The notes: a model not told the origin generated them from the sequence alone. A stretch of 63,971 nucleotides of DNA, filler included, from Rhabdomonas costata (GCA_019059605.1; 34 parts of 34 records of this genome joined end to end with filler, not necessarily neighbours in it); one strand, 5' to 3'. Shown: positions 36,201 to 49,469, counted from the whole stretch's first letter. Made by a program: numbers and translations.

Positions 36201-38234
36201 AGTCGGGAAGGTTTGATTGCTGAATGCTTTTGTTGGTATTGCAGACAGCCAGTTTTCTCCAGGAGGCAGACAGAGCGCCCTTGCACCGCTCCAACTTGAC
36301 GCCTGGGTTAGTGCAGGATGGATCGCAAGGTGGGTAAGTTCTGCTTTCTGGCGGACGGGTGGAGAAAATACAGGTTGTTCCCTTTTTGTTGGAACTAAAG
36401 ACATGTTGGTAAACGCCGGTTACGCGCCCAAAAGGGGCGTCATACTTTAAAGAGGCAGTGCATTTCTGTAGTAACACACGTATGATCCCGTCTGCCACCC
36501 CTATGCGGTCCCATACATGATTTATTTCAAATATATAACCCAAAAACACGAACCATGAAGCCCTTCTACTGTGACGAACCCCACAATACCCGAGCGGTGG
36601 CATTGAACGAAATGTTAGAGACCGCCATGTCCCCGATGCGGTCACGCCACTCCGACTCCTTCCACAGCAGTTTCCACTGGCACGCCAGGGTCCCCTTGGC
36701 GCAGTTAGCTTCCGCAGGGGGAGTGGCTGGGAAGCTGGCGAGGTGGTACCCCGAGAGAGCACTACAGAAAGCCCACTTTAGGGGCCCGGTGGCCCCCATG
36801 AGGTTGATCCCCAAAAACAGTCCATCGGGAAGCCCCAGCAGGGTGCTGGTTGGGCCGCGGCCCTGGGCCACCAGGGCAGCCATGGTGAAGGCGACCTCCT
36901 TGCGCACGTCCTCGGGCGCAGGATTGGCTGAGATAGGGATACATTGGTACATTAGGATAGCGTGAGGTTGGGAGGGAATTAAGCCGAAACGATGCTATCG
37001 GAAGCCACCAGCAACGGATACGTTGCGGACAGAAGCGTTATTCTTTCTAACTACACAGGGAAACTATATGCAGAACGGGAATGCATAATGGAAAAGGGAT
37101 TAACCGAAAGGCGGAGGCCGTCCGCTGAGGTGGGGCGGAAGCGGGTGGGGTGGAGTGGAGTGGAGTCAAGGAAGTACGAGTCCGAGAGTTGGTATTTGAC
37201 CAAGGCAATTTGCGACAATGAAGAGAAAACAAACCCCACGAAAAGACCACTATCATTACCTTAACCGCAACAGGTACATCCCTTTGATGAACCTGTAACC
37301 ACATCAGCCAAAGCTCCGATCAGCGCCGGAAACTTAATGGTGAGGTGCTTTTCTGCAGATACGCTCGAACGAAGGGGAGAAAGTGTGCGAACCCTCTGGT
37401 GGTCCGGCTAAAAGCCCAGCACAGATTACCCAAACGGAAAATAGGGAGAACATGCTCTCGCTGTCAAGGGCAAAGTTTAACGAAGCGCGGCACTCGTTAC
37501 AAACATGCCAGGGCCGATTTCTGAGGCGGCCACGTACTCCGCTAGCTTTCGGGTCACCACACTCATCATACTGAGGTAACTCACCACCTCATTCTCGANN
37601 NNNNNNNNNNNNNNNNNNNNNNNNNNNNNNNNNNNNNNNNNNTTAATTAATTAANNNNNNNNNNNNNNNNNNNNNNNNNNNNNNNNNNNNNNNNNNNNGG
37701 TGGTGTGGAGGGTGCGGCGCAACCGCTCGGAGTGGGCCACGTCCTCCAGGCTGCGCGACGGCTGAAGAAGCGGTGGCAGTGCGTCGCCAAGGATTGCAAA
37801 GTCCACGCAAAAGACAGATAAATCCGCACAGGGAAACGCTTAATTCCTCCCCACCCCACCCGGAAGGAAGGGCTCGACGGTTTTCACAAAAAAATGAGGG
37901 GAACGCCTCTGGTGTAGTGCTTTACAAGACCCATCATGATTGCGGTTGAGCGTGATCGTGTGTGCCTCTTCTCGGTGTTTACTTAGGCAGTATAGTCTCC
38001 TGTGTGTGTGTGGGGGGGGTGATGTCGGGAAATATTATGGCGAACTTGCTTTGCATTTGAACGAAACTGCAATTATGGAAAAGATGACCATGCTAAGCAT
38101 CGTCGCCACAGACGGGTTCGAACTTCTTCAATTTCCGCCCCGTCAAGCCGGTGGGCCGAAGTGGTACCGCCCACAACAGTGTGCCAAATAAGACGTGTAT
38201 GAGTGTGTGTGTTTGTTTGTGTGAATGGGTGTGC

Positions 38235-38986
38235 CTTGGTGGGCAGCCCCAGGGCGCTGGGCTGGTGCAGGGTGCGGACGAAGCAGCGGAACCTCCGCCT
38301 GCCCTGGGGATGGGTCACCGTCTCCGGAAGCCCCGTCACAAACCTCGCCGAGCCCCCAGGGCGCAGCGCCACCCAGTCCGTGGCCTCCACCTCCGTTACC
38401 CCCTGAGGGGCATCCGAGGTCAGGCCATCCCTGAGACGGGTAAGGCAGGAACGGTAGAAGGGAGGGCCGAGCAAAGCAGGGGGTCCACACACGTGTCGCA
38501 GCATATAATAGCGGTGGAAAATAGTCTCCTCGCGAAGAGAAACCTGAGAATCCACGACCGACTAATTCACATCATCACTCACGAAGCCACTCACGCGCCA
38601 GTCCTTGCTTTTACCGCCGCAAATACCACTAGCCAGATACCTGATACCTGCGTTCTTAACTGTCATCGGTCAAACCGATGGACGATCGACGACGAAGAAT
38701 TCTGCAGAAGAGGAAGCGATGCTGCCCTTTCCATCCCCCCGCTCACAGACAAATGAGTATTCAGCCCTTCGGTCGCGCCCTTGTTCCCCTCTCCGGACCT
38801 GACTTCGTAGCCAAAAGCAGTGCCCTGCTCCAGGCTGCGGGACAGGTTCACGTGAGTGAGGTGGAAGCCACGGGTGAGCCGAGGCGGCCGAGAGGGCGTG
38901 ATCCAGGCCTGGCGGGCCAGCACCTGGCCCACACCTGCAGCAGAGAAGGCACCGCGCAAAAGCTGCGCAACACGACCGGTGAACAT
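38235..38986 (-). CDS. Unknown protein with a possible mitochondrial targeting peptide, two exons (partial)
   Basis: Exon 38986-38804 is an Arg/Ala/Leu-rich, acid-poor N-terminus with a GT donor. Exon 38402-38235 is in phase 0 and ends AAG|GCACAC. Confidence 0.5.
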
Positions 38987-40003
38987 CGTGGAATCCGGAA
39001 ATGTATCACAAGTCTTTATTTGTGAAACCCTTTATTCCTTTTTGGCCCCACCGAATCGCAACTCCCGAGAGTCTCGTAAGATCACGTCTATTAGAAGCTG
39101 AGGGCAAAGTCGAAAATCACAAGTCTTCAGACACGTCCGCAGCTCAAAATGTCCGCAAATTAAGCAAGTCCCCACCCACTCCTCTTCCTCACCATCTTGG
39201 TCATCACAAATGTGTCTTTTTTAAATACTATGTTCTGCGCCGCGTGTGGCAGCCTGAGGGCTTCTCTGACTCGTCCTGTTGCGTGCTTCGCGCTCACGGG
39301 GAAACGGATATCTCTACGTCTTTCCCGACCCCAGCTCTGCCCTTCAGTCCAAAAAATGCACACACTTTGTGCACTCGCGAGGGCAACTTTTTGCTGGCGA
39401 AGACTCGCGATTCTGTTTCCCCCTGGCTACCCACCCTCGATGGGCCTCTTCGCCGCTGCACATTCATACACCCGCACAAACANNNNNNNNNNNNNNNNNN
39501 NNNNNNNNNNNNNNNNNNNNNNNNNNTTAATTAATTAANNNNNNNNNNNNNNNNNNNNNNNNNNNNNNNNNNNNNNNNNNNNGGGGGGTTGTGGGTCGAT
39601 GTGCATGGCAATGGGGGCAGGTGGCGTTAGGATGTAGAGCTGGGTTGATGGAACTTGAACTCATTTATTTCCCAGAAAGCCAAGTGCCGACGAAGTGCGG
39701 AGAATTGAATGGGCGCTATCTGAACTGATTCCTTTCATTCATGAAGATAGCAGTAAAACGGTAAGGATAAAACCTGCAAAACGTTTGCTGAGACGGTGAG
39801 AAGTATTGTAACCGAGCAGTCCATTACTGAATAATAGGCGCTACACATCCGAAAGGTGAGAGGCAAAGTGAGCCAGTTTGAGAAGACGAGCAAGACGAGC
39901 GGATAGGAAACTTCTTCGAAGGAACCCTTTTCTCAGCTTTACTAGTGCCGCTGAGTCAATTTATTATGCGTGAACCGACAAGGCGCCGAACGATTTTTCA
40001 TTC

Positions 40004-40231
40004 GACGTGGTGATCGGATGATGCCAGGACAGTTGCTTCGCGTGTGCTGTGTGTGTATAGAGGTTCTGTGTCTATGGTGCCGTATCTGTCTCTTGTATCT
40101 TGGGGATCAGGAGGCGAGACGTGGTGATCGGATGATGCCAGGACAGTTGCTTCGCGTGTGCTGTGTGTGTATAGAGGTTCTGTGTCTATGGTGCCGTATC
40201 TGTCTCTTGTATCTTGGGGATCAGGAGGCGA
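40004..40231 (+). repeat. Perfect 114-bp tandem duplication
   Basis: 40004-40117 is identical to 40118-40231. Confidence 0.95.
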
Positions 40232-40382
40232 TGCAAGTGCCCCCTGGGATTCCAATAGAAGCTTTTCCAGGGGGGTTAGGAGGCGAAGCACAAGTTTTCT
40301 GCGGCTTTTCCACGATGATCCTAGGTATTCGCTGGAGAAAAAAGATTAACGTGGGTTTCTTGTTCGCCGTGTATAATGCCTG

Positions 40383-40497
40383 TAATGGGGTATTATAGCC
40401 ATTATACTATAATATCAGTGTAGAATAGTCATATTATAGCGTATAATACCTTTGCAGTATAATTTCATTATTGTATAAATGCTATAATACCCCATTA
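40383..40497. repeat. AT-rich 115-bp element bounded by 17-bp terminal inverted repeats (MITE-like)
   Basis: taatggggtattatagc (40383-40399) pairs with gctataataccccatta (40481-40497). The interior is rich in TATAAT/ATTATA. Confidence 0.65.
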
Positions 40498-40735
40498 TAC
40501 GTGCACCCCCCCCCAGTATCATTTCACCGAGTGAAGCCTCTAAGCTGATCCCATGACTCAATACCTACCCCAATACTCCCTTGTGCTTCGGTGTAGGGGT
40601 CCACGAAGTGAGATGTGGGTAAAATCGAGGCATCTAATGAACGGTGGGATGTAGAAATGTACGGGGAACCTCGCGAAAATTTTTGTTACTTGATTCCTCT
40701 CTCTTTCCAGGAAGTGTGGTGCTGTTTACCAAAGA

Positions 40736-41122
40736 ATGATGATTGTCAGTCGCTGTGCAGTCCTACGCCATTTCCGCTGCGCTGCAGCTCGAAGTTTTAA
40801 CACCACCACACCAAGGCTCTTCCCTGTGGAAACCTTGCAGAAGATTGCGGAGGTCACTGAGGACCTTTCTGATCCTCCTGAGTCAGACACGGTGCACATC
40901 TGGAGCACGGAGACAACTCCCAACCAATTTCTGCGGCGCTTTAATAGGCGGGGCCGCGAGCTGGTAGGGGACATTGACCCCAAAGAAATGCTCGTGGGGA
41001 CGTACATCGCGCAGCAGCACCTGAAAGAAACTTTGGCGGAAGCTGCGGCATATTGGTCTGTGCGTCTGACCAACGACGAGAACTGGGGAAAGGCCGTGAT
41101 TTCCGCCGCAAAGAAACTCGGG
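40736..41122 (+). CDS. First coding exon of an unknown protein with a possible mitochondrial presequence
   Basis: MMIVSRCAVLRHFRCAAARSF... runs 129 codons to the donor GGG|GTGTGT. Confidence 0.55.
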
Positions 41123-42631
41123 GTGTGTGTTTTTCTGACAAATAGTGTCTTTCTGGTTTCTCGCAATTTTTCATGAAGAAAAGTGGTGCTGACTCAGTCA
41201 CATGGATAGCCTTTTTTCATTGGATTGCACATTTAATGAGGGGAAGGGCGGACAGCCCGAAGCCGACGAGGCAGCGAGGACCAACTGCAGCGTTGAATAG
41301 GGAAGGCGTCGACTGAAGTCCACAGCTGTGTTTGCTCCAAGTGTCACCTGGCGGGGGTGAATTCGANNNNNNNNNNNNNNNNNNNNNNNNNNNNNNNNNN
41401 NNNNNNNNNNTTAATTAATTAANNNNNNNNNNNNNNNNNNNNNNNNNNNNNNNNNNNNNNNNNNNNGGGTGGTGGGTGTGCTATTGGATACGGGGTTGTT
41501 CCTGTGTGTTGGTTTTTTCCTTCTGCAGAATAAGCGTTTTCGAGTGTGGTGGCTGTGAGCGTTGGATTCAGGGGTGGTGTTTTGCGGTCTTCTTTGCAAA
41601 TGGTGCTTCCTTGTTCTTCATTTCCTGGTGCATACGGTGCGGTGTTTGTTGAGTGGTACTTTATTTTCTCGTGGTGCGATCTGGTGTCTTAGTGTAGGGA
41701 TATGGTTGCTGCTGAATGATGCTTGATTTAGGGTGTATTTGCTTGTGTGAAGTGTCAGATGCCTCTGTTGGCTTTAGTGGTGTTTTTATCTCTGGTGACG
41801 GCGCTTTTAGCCACTGTTGTTGGGTATTGATGCTGCTATCGTTTGTACTCATGCGCTGATTCCTGGTGTGTGTGCATTCTGTGTCCAGTATCGCTTCGGA
41901 TATCCGGAAAACTATGTACCTGCCAAACCTATGGTCACTCCTACGTTGATTTCTCCCTAGTGGTTGTTGTTTTCTTTCTACGGTGTCATTAGTGCGATTA
42001 CTCACAAGGCTTTGTGTATTGTGTACATGGAGTGTTGATGTTTGTTTGGTGTTGTGAGTGGATTTACGGTTACTCCTGGTGCTGGTGTGGGTGTTGTGGG
42101 TGTGGGTGAGTCGGGTGCGTGGTGTTTCCAGCGTGGTGTTTCCTACGGTGCTGGTTCCGGGTTCGGCGTCTCGGGTTCTACATCTATGCATGGTGGTCAA
42201 GTTGTTGGCGCTCAGGGACCTGTCCTTTACGGGTGAACCCGCCACCATCCACGTGTCGGACTTATGCCCGCTGAGACGTTTCCAGCGAAAACCGTGGAAA
42301 CCACCTGAACCTAAAGGAAACGAAGACACGAATTCTTTATTTGTCGCTTGAAGACTTGCAGGGGGTTAGGTAGCGATGCACAAAACTCCTGGAATTCCAA
42401 TATACGCTTTGCAGCGGATCACGTGGCGATGTACTTGCTTCCTGGGATTCCGACTGAATTTTTTTGGGGGTTACGTTGCGTCTCCAGCGATGGACAGATT
42501 TTTCACTTTATCCAGGATGTCCTGGGCGCTACACTGCCCTCCGCGGCTAAGATCCACCATGCTTCGATTTTTGGTTTTCGTAGCGTGATACCGCCCCTCC
42601 CTCCCCAAAGAACCGAGATGAAGAGGCGCAC

Positions 42632-42786
42632 CTGGACTGGGAAGATGAGCGCTTGGAGGAGAGGGGGGAGGATGACGACGACGATGAGGAGGCGGAGCTA
42701 GACAAAGACCGGGACTGGGACGAGCTCGAGCTGGCGCTAGAGCTAGAGCTAGAGCTAGAGCGGGACGATCGCCGGTGCTTCCCCAT
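42632..42786 (-). CDS. First exon of a Ser/Arg-rich low-complexity protein
   Basis: MGKHRRSSRSSSSSSSSASSSSSQSRSLSS...SQS-AG|GTGCGC. Confidence 0.45.
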
Positions 42787-43551
42787 GGTGAAGTCAGCAC
42801 ATTGTGCACAGTCACTGGGATGTGCACACCACCGGACACCGCACACGGCAAGTGGGGGCTTTCCGGGAGGGGACTGTTTCTTGGTTGTAGGTTTTCTTGT
42901 CTTTGGGAAGAGAAGCCAATTCCCAGAGGCAAATAAAGAAAAGGACGCAGAAACTCCTGCTGCGAAGAAATCGGGGCGCCGCGCGGACAGCAGAAGTTTT
43001 TCACTTCATCTCACAATTTTTTTGTTTTGTAAACACTTTTTTACAACACTGTGGAACCGAAAGCAGAATGAATCATTCAAAGAAAACAGGTTGTACAAAC
43101 CTCGAAGTTCAATTTGGCCCAAAGAAAGCTCATTTCAATGTCAGTCAAGAGTTTCGAACCCCCCCCCCCCTCCAAAAAAAACTTCCAAGGTTCATCGTGG
43201 GACGCTTCAAAGTTCAATCCGAAGAGTTCATGGTTCACGGTTCAGGTTTCNNNNNNNNNNNNNNNNNNNNNNNNNNNNNNNNNNNNNNNNNNNNTTAATT
43301 AATTAANNNNNNNNNNNNNNNNNNNNNNNNNNNNNNNNNNNNNNNNNNNNGTGTGGTTTTTTGTGCCTGCACCAGCAATTTGCGCGCCTTTGTGCCTGAA
43401 CGCCACGGTGTAATATCCCCCTTGGTATTCCTCCAATGTTTCAGACATTAAAATCCTGCAGTTAGTATTCTGCAAGTTCTTACCGGGAACTCTCAAAACG
43501 CCAAAACGGACTATAGGTGAGCGGCATTTGCTCCGGTAGAGGGCCATCATA

Positions 43552-43599
<48 letters not shown>
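43552..43599. repeat. (TCGGTC)8 hexanucleotide microsatellite
   Basis: Seen directly. Confidence 0.95.
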
Positions 43600-44399
43600 A
43601 CACACATACACACAACTTTTCTTTGAAGCCAAGGAAGGCCCAAAAATTGTTATCACCTGAAAAAGAAAGTAAAAAATATTGCCCTTGCGACACAGGGCCT
43701 AATTTTTTTTTGAATCAGTCAAAACTGAACAACGCGTTCGTCTCACAGGCTCACTCACACACATTGAGCTCACTCACACACATTGAACACTTCGGAGGTT
43801 GATGCAAGAAGCTCATAGTCTCCTCCTCCTGTCTGTTTTGTGGTGCAGGAGAAGCTTTTGAAGAGTGCTAAGAAGCTCACCTCCCCAGCCGTCGCGGCCT
43901 CGGACCCGCTGTTCCACCTTAAGCAGCTTGCGGGAGCCTTCAAGTGAGGAGAGCCCTTCCCTTCTCCCCACTCGACACGTCCATGTCGGGTTGACAACCT
44001 TTCTCGAACGCCTGCCCTTTGATGTTTTTTACAGCCTCTTGGGCGGCGTGTTCCGTGTTTTTTTTCCTGCTTGCTGTGCTGAAGCCGCTTGTCTTTGTAC
44101 CCGCACCCCCCTTACCTCTGAAGGTGGCTGCGACATGAAAAAGTTGTGTAGTGGCGAGAAGCCATTGACCTTGTAGGGAGGTGGAACCTGACCTGGAAGC
44201 AGTTTCCATTGAGATTTTGAGCGCATCTGCTGCCCGTCTCATCGGATGGGTCTTAAGCTCAAGGTGCCGAAACCACGCCAATCCACCACATGCACCAGGG
44301 CTTTTTTATAATGAATGTGGCCTTTAATATCGCCCTGCAAGCGGACAGTGCTCATGTTGCCAAGTTTTCCAGCAGCTTTGCAGCGACGGAAATTCTAAA

Positions 44400-44793
44400 A
44401 TGCCTCATTTTCTTTGTAGGTGCTTATTGCCATTAAAATTTCCTGAGCAAAAGTTTGTGTGGCCAACCCAAGGCGCTTTTTATCTTGGGTTTTTTCTCAG
44501 TCTGCTACTCTTGTTCAATTTTTGTGTTGTCGTGACTGAATCCGTCTTTTGGGGGGTGATTTTCCTCCTTTTGGGATCTCTCTGTGCATGGATGACGTCT
44601 GCGTGGCCGCTGCAAGGCCCCTCCTCCACCCCGGTGACCACGGCGCTGTGGGTGGGGTGGGCCCTGTCCAGCTTGTGGGTGCTGCTGCCGCACAGGGGTG
44701 CGGCGGTTGCTCGCGGGACTGTGGGATGCGCTGCGCCGCTTTGCGTGCTTGTGGGCTGCTCGCTGTTCCTGGCTACCTCGCACTCCTTCGCTG
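44400..44793 (+). CDS. Exon of a multi-pass membrane protein of unknown function
   Basis: Several hydrophobic segments (VFWGVIFLLLGSLCAW; TALWVGWALSSLWVLL; PLCVLVGCSLFLA). The 5' boundary is uncertain. Confidence 0.35.
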
Positions 44794-45443
44794 GGGTGTG
44801 CCCCCCTTTGGGGTTTTTGAGGGTTTTGTGATGGGAGTGGGGAAAGGAGAGCTGAAATGGAATGAATCTGGGCTGAAGCGATTGTAAACGGAAGGGAAGG
44901 AAAACTCTGTTTTCTGTACCACTGGGCGTGTGGATACGCGCAAACGTGGGGGGAGTGAACGGAATGCGACCATTGGCTTCATCTGAATAACAAGGACCTT
45001 TATTCTGTGGTTTTTCGGACGTTTCCATGATCACAAGAAACTTTTGTGCAATCAAATTTTGGAATGACATCCTCCTAACTTATGCTTTCAAGCGACTATC
45101 ATGCCTTTTCGACCTTTTTTGACACACACAAANNNNNNNNNNNNNNNNNNNNNNNNNNNNNNNNNNNNNNNNNNNNTTAATTAATTAANNNNNNNNNNNN
45201 NNNNNNNNNNNNNNNNNNNNNNNNNNNNNNNNAATGTTGAATGTAACATGCCAGATTGTAAGCGACCCGTCAACTTCAACTGTGGGAGGGCCTGGCTATC
45301 AGCCTCGGTCTCAAACAGACCCAGTTTACCACAAGGACTCAAATAAAGCAAATTAACACACAAACACACAAACACGCAACTCTGGTTGAACTCACAGGTA
45401 CCGACGGGGGACAGAGGGAGGGGGACTCCGGAGCGACAAATAC

Positions 45444-47016
45444 CCACGAGAAACTCGTACACCGTGATGCCCAAGCTCCACCAGTCCACCGCTGGCCCGT
45501 ACGGGTCCCCAGCAAGGCGTTCGGGGGCAATGTAATCCTGCGCAACGGGAGAAAACGTCCCCATGGCGAAGTTCAAAGCAGAAAAGGCAGTGTGCTCGGG
45601 TGCAGGGGTCGGTGTTCGACTAAAATGTGGTTCGAGGTTCTTGTTGTTTTCTCAACGCGTGCTTGAATGAGCGAGAGACCACCCGCACGTCGCATTCTTC
45701 AAACCAACCATTCCATTTTCGGAGAGCTTTCCCTTCAGTTTTCTTGGTGACCAGACGCTAGTGTGTTAACGCCCCCCCCCCCATCAAGTGGTTTATGCCC
45801 CCCTGTTGTTTCAGCTGTAAACTAGTGCCTTTATGGGGCTCTTCCTGTACTGTGGGTACGTGGGTTAGGTAGCGATGGACGGGTCCTCTGGGATTCCAAC
45901 ACAAGCTGTTGCTGGGGAGGGGGGAGTGGCGATACATGCGTTCCTTGCGATTGCTACAGAAGCCTGTGCAGGGGGTTAGGAGGTGATGCACAAGCTTCCT
46001 GGGACTCTTTCAAGGATGTGTCCCAAGGTCCTGGGAGCTTTAATTTGTTGGACATGCATGTGCGGGTTAGGGATTGGGGTGAGGGAGGCACTTATGCGGT
46101 GACCAGCGTACCCTCTGCCCGAAAGCAAGAGACAAACCGGGGTCCCCACGACGCACGGCGCCACTGCGGCATTCACACCGGAACCGCCTCCGTTACGCGA
46201 ACTGCAGCCAGGAGTGGTTACGCGCTCAGCCATCAAAAAGCCTGAGACCTTGACGTTGCGCAGATCCTTGGAAATCAGCAGGTTTCCCGGCTGAGAAGGA
46301 AAACCATTCAAATAATCTTGTCTTGGAGTCGAATATTGCACAAAAGGCACGAACAAAAACCGATGCGGTCGTTCGGTGGAGTGACACCAAGCAAGAAGTG
46401 TGACAACGAAGCGGAAGGGTGAAACATCGGGTTAAATCACTGCACCTCTATAAAAAAATGAATCCACTGACATCCATCAGCTCATCTCCTCTTAGGGGGC
46501 CACTTGGACAAAGATGGTAACCATTGAAAAAGGCTTGCGCAGGAGGGAAAAGCTACCTTTATGTCCCGGTGAATGTAGCCCTCACTGTGAATATAGTCCA
46601 GTGCCAGTCCAACCTGGGCCGCGATCTGGCGCACAGCATCCGCAGGAAGGAGCCCCCGCTGGGACAACAGCTGCTCTCCGTCCACGCCCCCAACGTGCTC
46701 CAGCACAAGAAAGAGGTGAACCGATGACGAAAACGAGTCCAACAGCCGCAGGACGCAAGGGTGCCGCAGGGCTTTCAGCACAGTCATTTCGTGGCGCAGG
46801 TCGAGCCCCGGGCCCTGGCTCGGGGTTGCATCGGGGCTCCCGATTTTGAGGGTGCACAGCACAGATGAATTTCGGCGCTGGCAGAGAAAGAACCGCCCCA
46901 CTTCGTCCTCACCCAACGGCTTCAGGATGGTGAAGTCTGACATCGAGAGCTGCCCTGGAGCGGGGTCAGAGTCCTCAGGCTCAACCTTCGCCATGTCACC
47001 ACCACTCACAACCCAC
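45444..47016 (-). CDS. AGC-like (MAST/Rim15-like) Ser/Thr kinase domain with degenerate motifs, partial
   Basis: Exons contig end-46557 (DFTILKPLG...LRHP...LFLVLE...YIHRDIK), 46290-46138 (PGNLLI...KVSGFL...VGTP) and 45537-45444 (DYIAPE...[20 protein letters not shown]), with GT-AG junctions in phase. Confidence 0.9.
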
Positions 47017-49469
47017 NNNNNNNNNNNNNNNNNNNNNNNNNNNNNNNNNNNNNNNNNNNNTTAATTAATTAANNNNNNNNNNNNNNNNNNNNNNNNNNNN
47101 NNNNNNNNNNNNNNNNGGTGTTGTGTCCGGGCGAGGGCTGCGGTGTGGGGACCGGCTCGCGCTGGAGACCGCGCCGTGCGGGCTGGCAGGCCCCCCACAG
47201 AACACTCCCGCGGGATTCCAGTGCAACACTTCGGCTAACACTACCACCAGCGGGTATCTCACATCCGCCCCAGTTTCTAGGATGCAGCCTGGGGAAGTAC
47301 GTGATCTTGTGCTTTGTCTGCGCGGTTGGGGGGAGGGGGTCGGATGGAATGCCCGCTGGAACGCGCAAGGGGCAAGTGGGAGGTGCTCTGTATGTCGGCA
47401 TGCTGTTGCAAGTGGGGAACAGATCCCGAGAACTTTAGTATTCGGGCATTATTTTGGGATCGACCAACGACGGGCATCCGGAAACAGAAAAGTACACAAG
47501 AAATTTGAAAAATGTCCTGGTGTTTTTGTTTTTTTTGCAAAATAAGTCATCATGTGATCATGTAAGTTCCTTTGACTTCACACGTACCGTGCATCAGGGG
47601 CTCGGTGTTCAGCACTTGGCCGAGGGCGAACGTACCGTGCATCATATCAACCACACCGCACAGGCCACTACGCCCCGCTGTTTTTTTGTGTCTTCTTCGC
47701 CCAGAAACCAGTCTCATGTGTGTGGTTTGATTGGCCTCAGGAACGTGAACATCACGGGCCTTCCTGTTGTGTCCATGAATCTCACAGTGAGGCTGTGGGA
47801 GGGCTCGTGGAGGCTGTGCTACAGCTTTGCGCTCTTGCCCTTTTTCTGGGTGCTCCACTCCCACTTCCCCATCTTTTTCATCTTTTTTTTTTGGTAATCT
47901 CTTCGCACAAGGAAAAGAGTCGAATTCTCTAGAAGCCGGGTTTTCGGCAGTTTTGTTCACCTGCTCGTGATTTGCGCACGGTTTGAAAATATGAAGCTGC
48001 CGAGGGATGGGCTGATGTCTGAACTGGGGAACCTTTAGCTCGGAGCTCGGGGGAGAGTGTGCATAACGTTGTGTGGACGACATATGAGGCATTGGTCATG
48101 CGTATGCTGGCGATCGAACGATGGCTCCCAGTGGCTCTTGCGCTCTTGCGCTTTGTCACACCGCTGGTTTGGGTTTTTGTTGCTGATCGTGGTCATCCGT
48201 CCACCCCACGGTTCATGCGGTGAATGGCTCTTCGCACACAAGGAATAATGCCCCTTTGTCGCTATAGGGCACCTTTTTCATATCCGGACAGCTCTCGTTA
48301 ATGCCACCAAGTATAAAAAGGTATACCTGACCCTACTTCTGGAGTTGGGTCCACAGTCATTCTCGATTAATTCGTGCGCGAATGTTTTTCTGCTCATGTT
48401 TGCTTTACTTCCTTATTGCCGCCATCTCCGACTCGTTCTCTCTCTCTCTCTCCGCGAGCAGATCGAAGTGACGTCGTGGCAGACTCTCACTGTTGCGGGC
48501 CCTCCCAGCGCGGTGACGGATGCAGTGTTTGCTAGCCCTTTCGCCCGGATTTCTCACCTGGCCCCCTTCACGGTGGTGTTCAACGGCTCCAATCTGACCT
48601 CCCTGGATAGGTGGCCGCTAATGTACCGCTGTGGCTCTAATAGCGGACGGAATGCAAGTTATCAATCTATTCCTTCAAATGCTGTGACTCGTGTCATACC
48701 AAAGAAATTGCTCGCTCTCTTCGGTGGTTCTAAGTTTGGCTTAGTGTAGAGAGGTGGGGGTGAATCCAATGACTGCCCTTGTGGGCCATTTCCCTCCACA
48801 CTCCCTTTATGCGTTAATTTTTGCGTCAATAACGAAGAGTTGTCACATGACTAAACCGGAGCCAAATGAAACCGAAGCTTGTGATGCTTTTCCTGTCCAC
48901 NNNNNNNNNNNNNNNNNNNNNNNNNNNNNNNNNNNNNNNNNNNNTTAATTAATTAANNNNNNNNNNNNNNNNNNNNNNNNNNNNNNNNNNNNNNNNNNNN
49001 GGGGGGGGTATCTAGCTCAAAAAAACGGTCCACGAGGAACAAGTTCAGGTTCAGCCGCTGCGCCCTGCTGTGTGCGAGCATCTTTCTGGTTTCGATGATG
49101 GCTTTCCCCTGGTTAACCGTTACCATTCTCGGGTTCTTTCGCCTGTCAATGGTGACCTGTATTTCCGAGGTGCTTCAAGGGCGGGAGTTCAATTTCTGTT
49201 CGCAATCCAACCCGGCAGGTCGCGCTCCTCGGGGGCAACTTTTTCCTCCCAGAATGACACCATTTAGGACACTGACGTCCTCAGATGGTTTACCGGGCCG
49301 AACGCGCTTCTGCTGCTTCAGTGCCGCTTCTGCCACTCGCGAGGCGGCCAACCTCCTGAGGCGTTGCTTATTATTATTTCGAACTCCTAGGTTAACAATC
49401 CTGCCGTGGTCGGCCTTTGAAGCAGATGAAGCGGCACCCCCGAAAGTGCAGCTACCACCTGGATGGGTG

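Noticed and set aside
39970-40398. ORF with a 38-aa Cys-rich repeat
   Set aside because: A by-product of the 114-bp DNA duplication in repeat-rich non-coding sequence.
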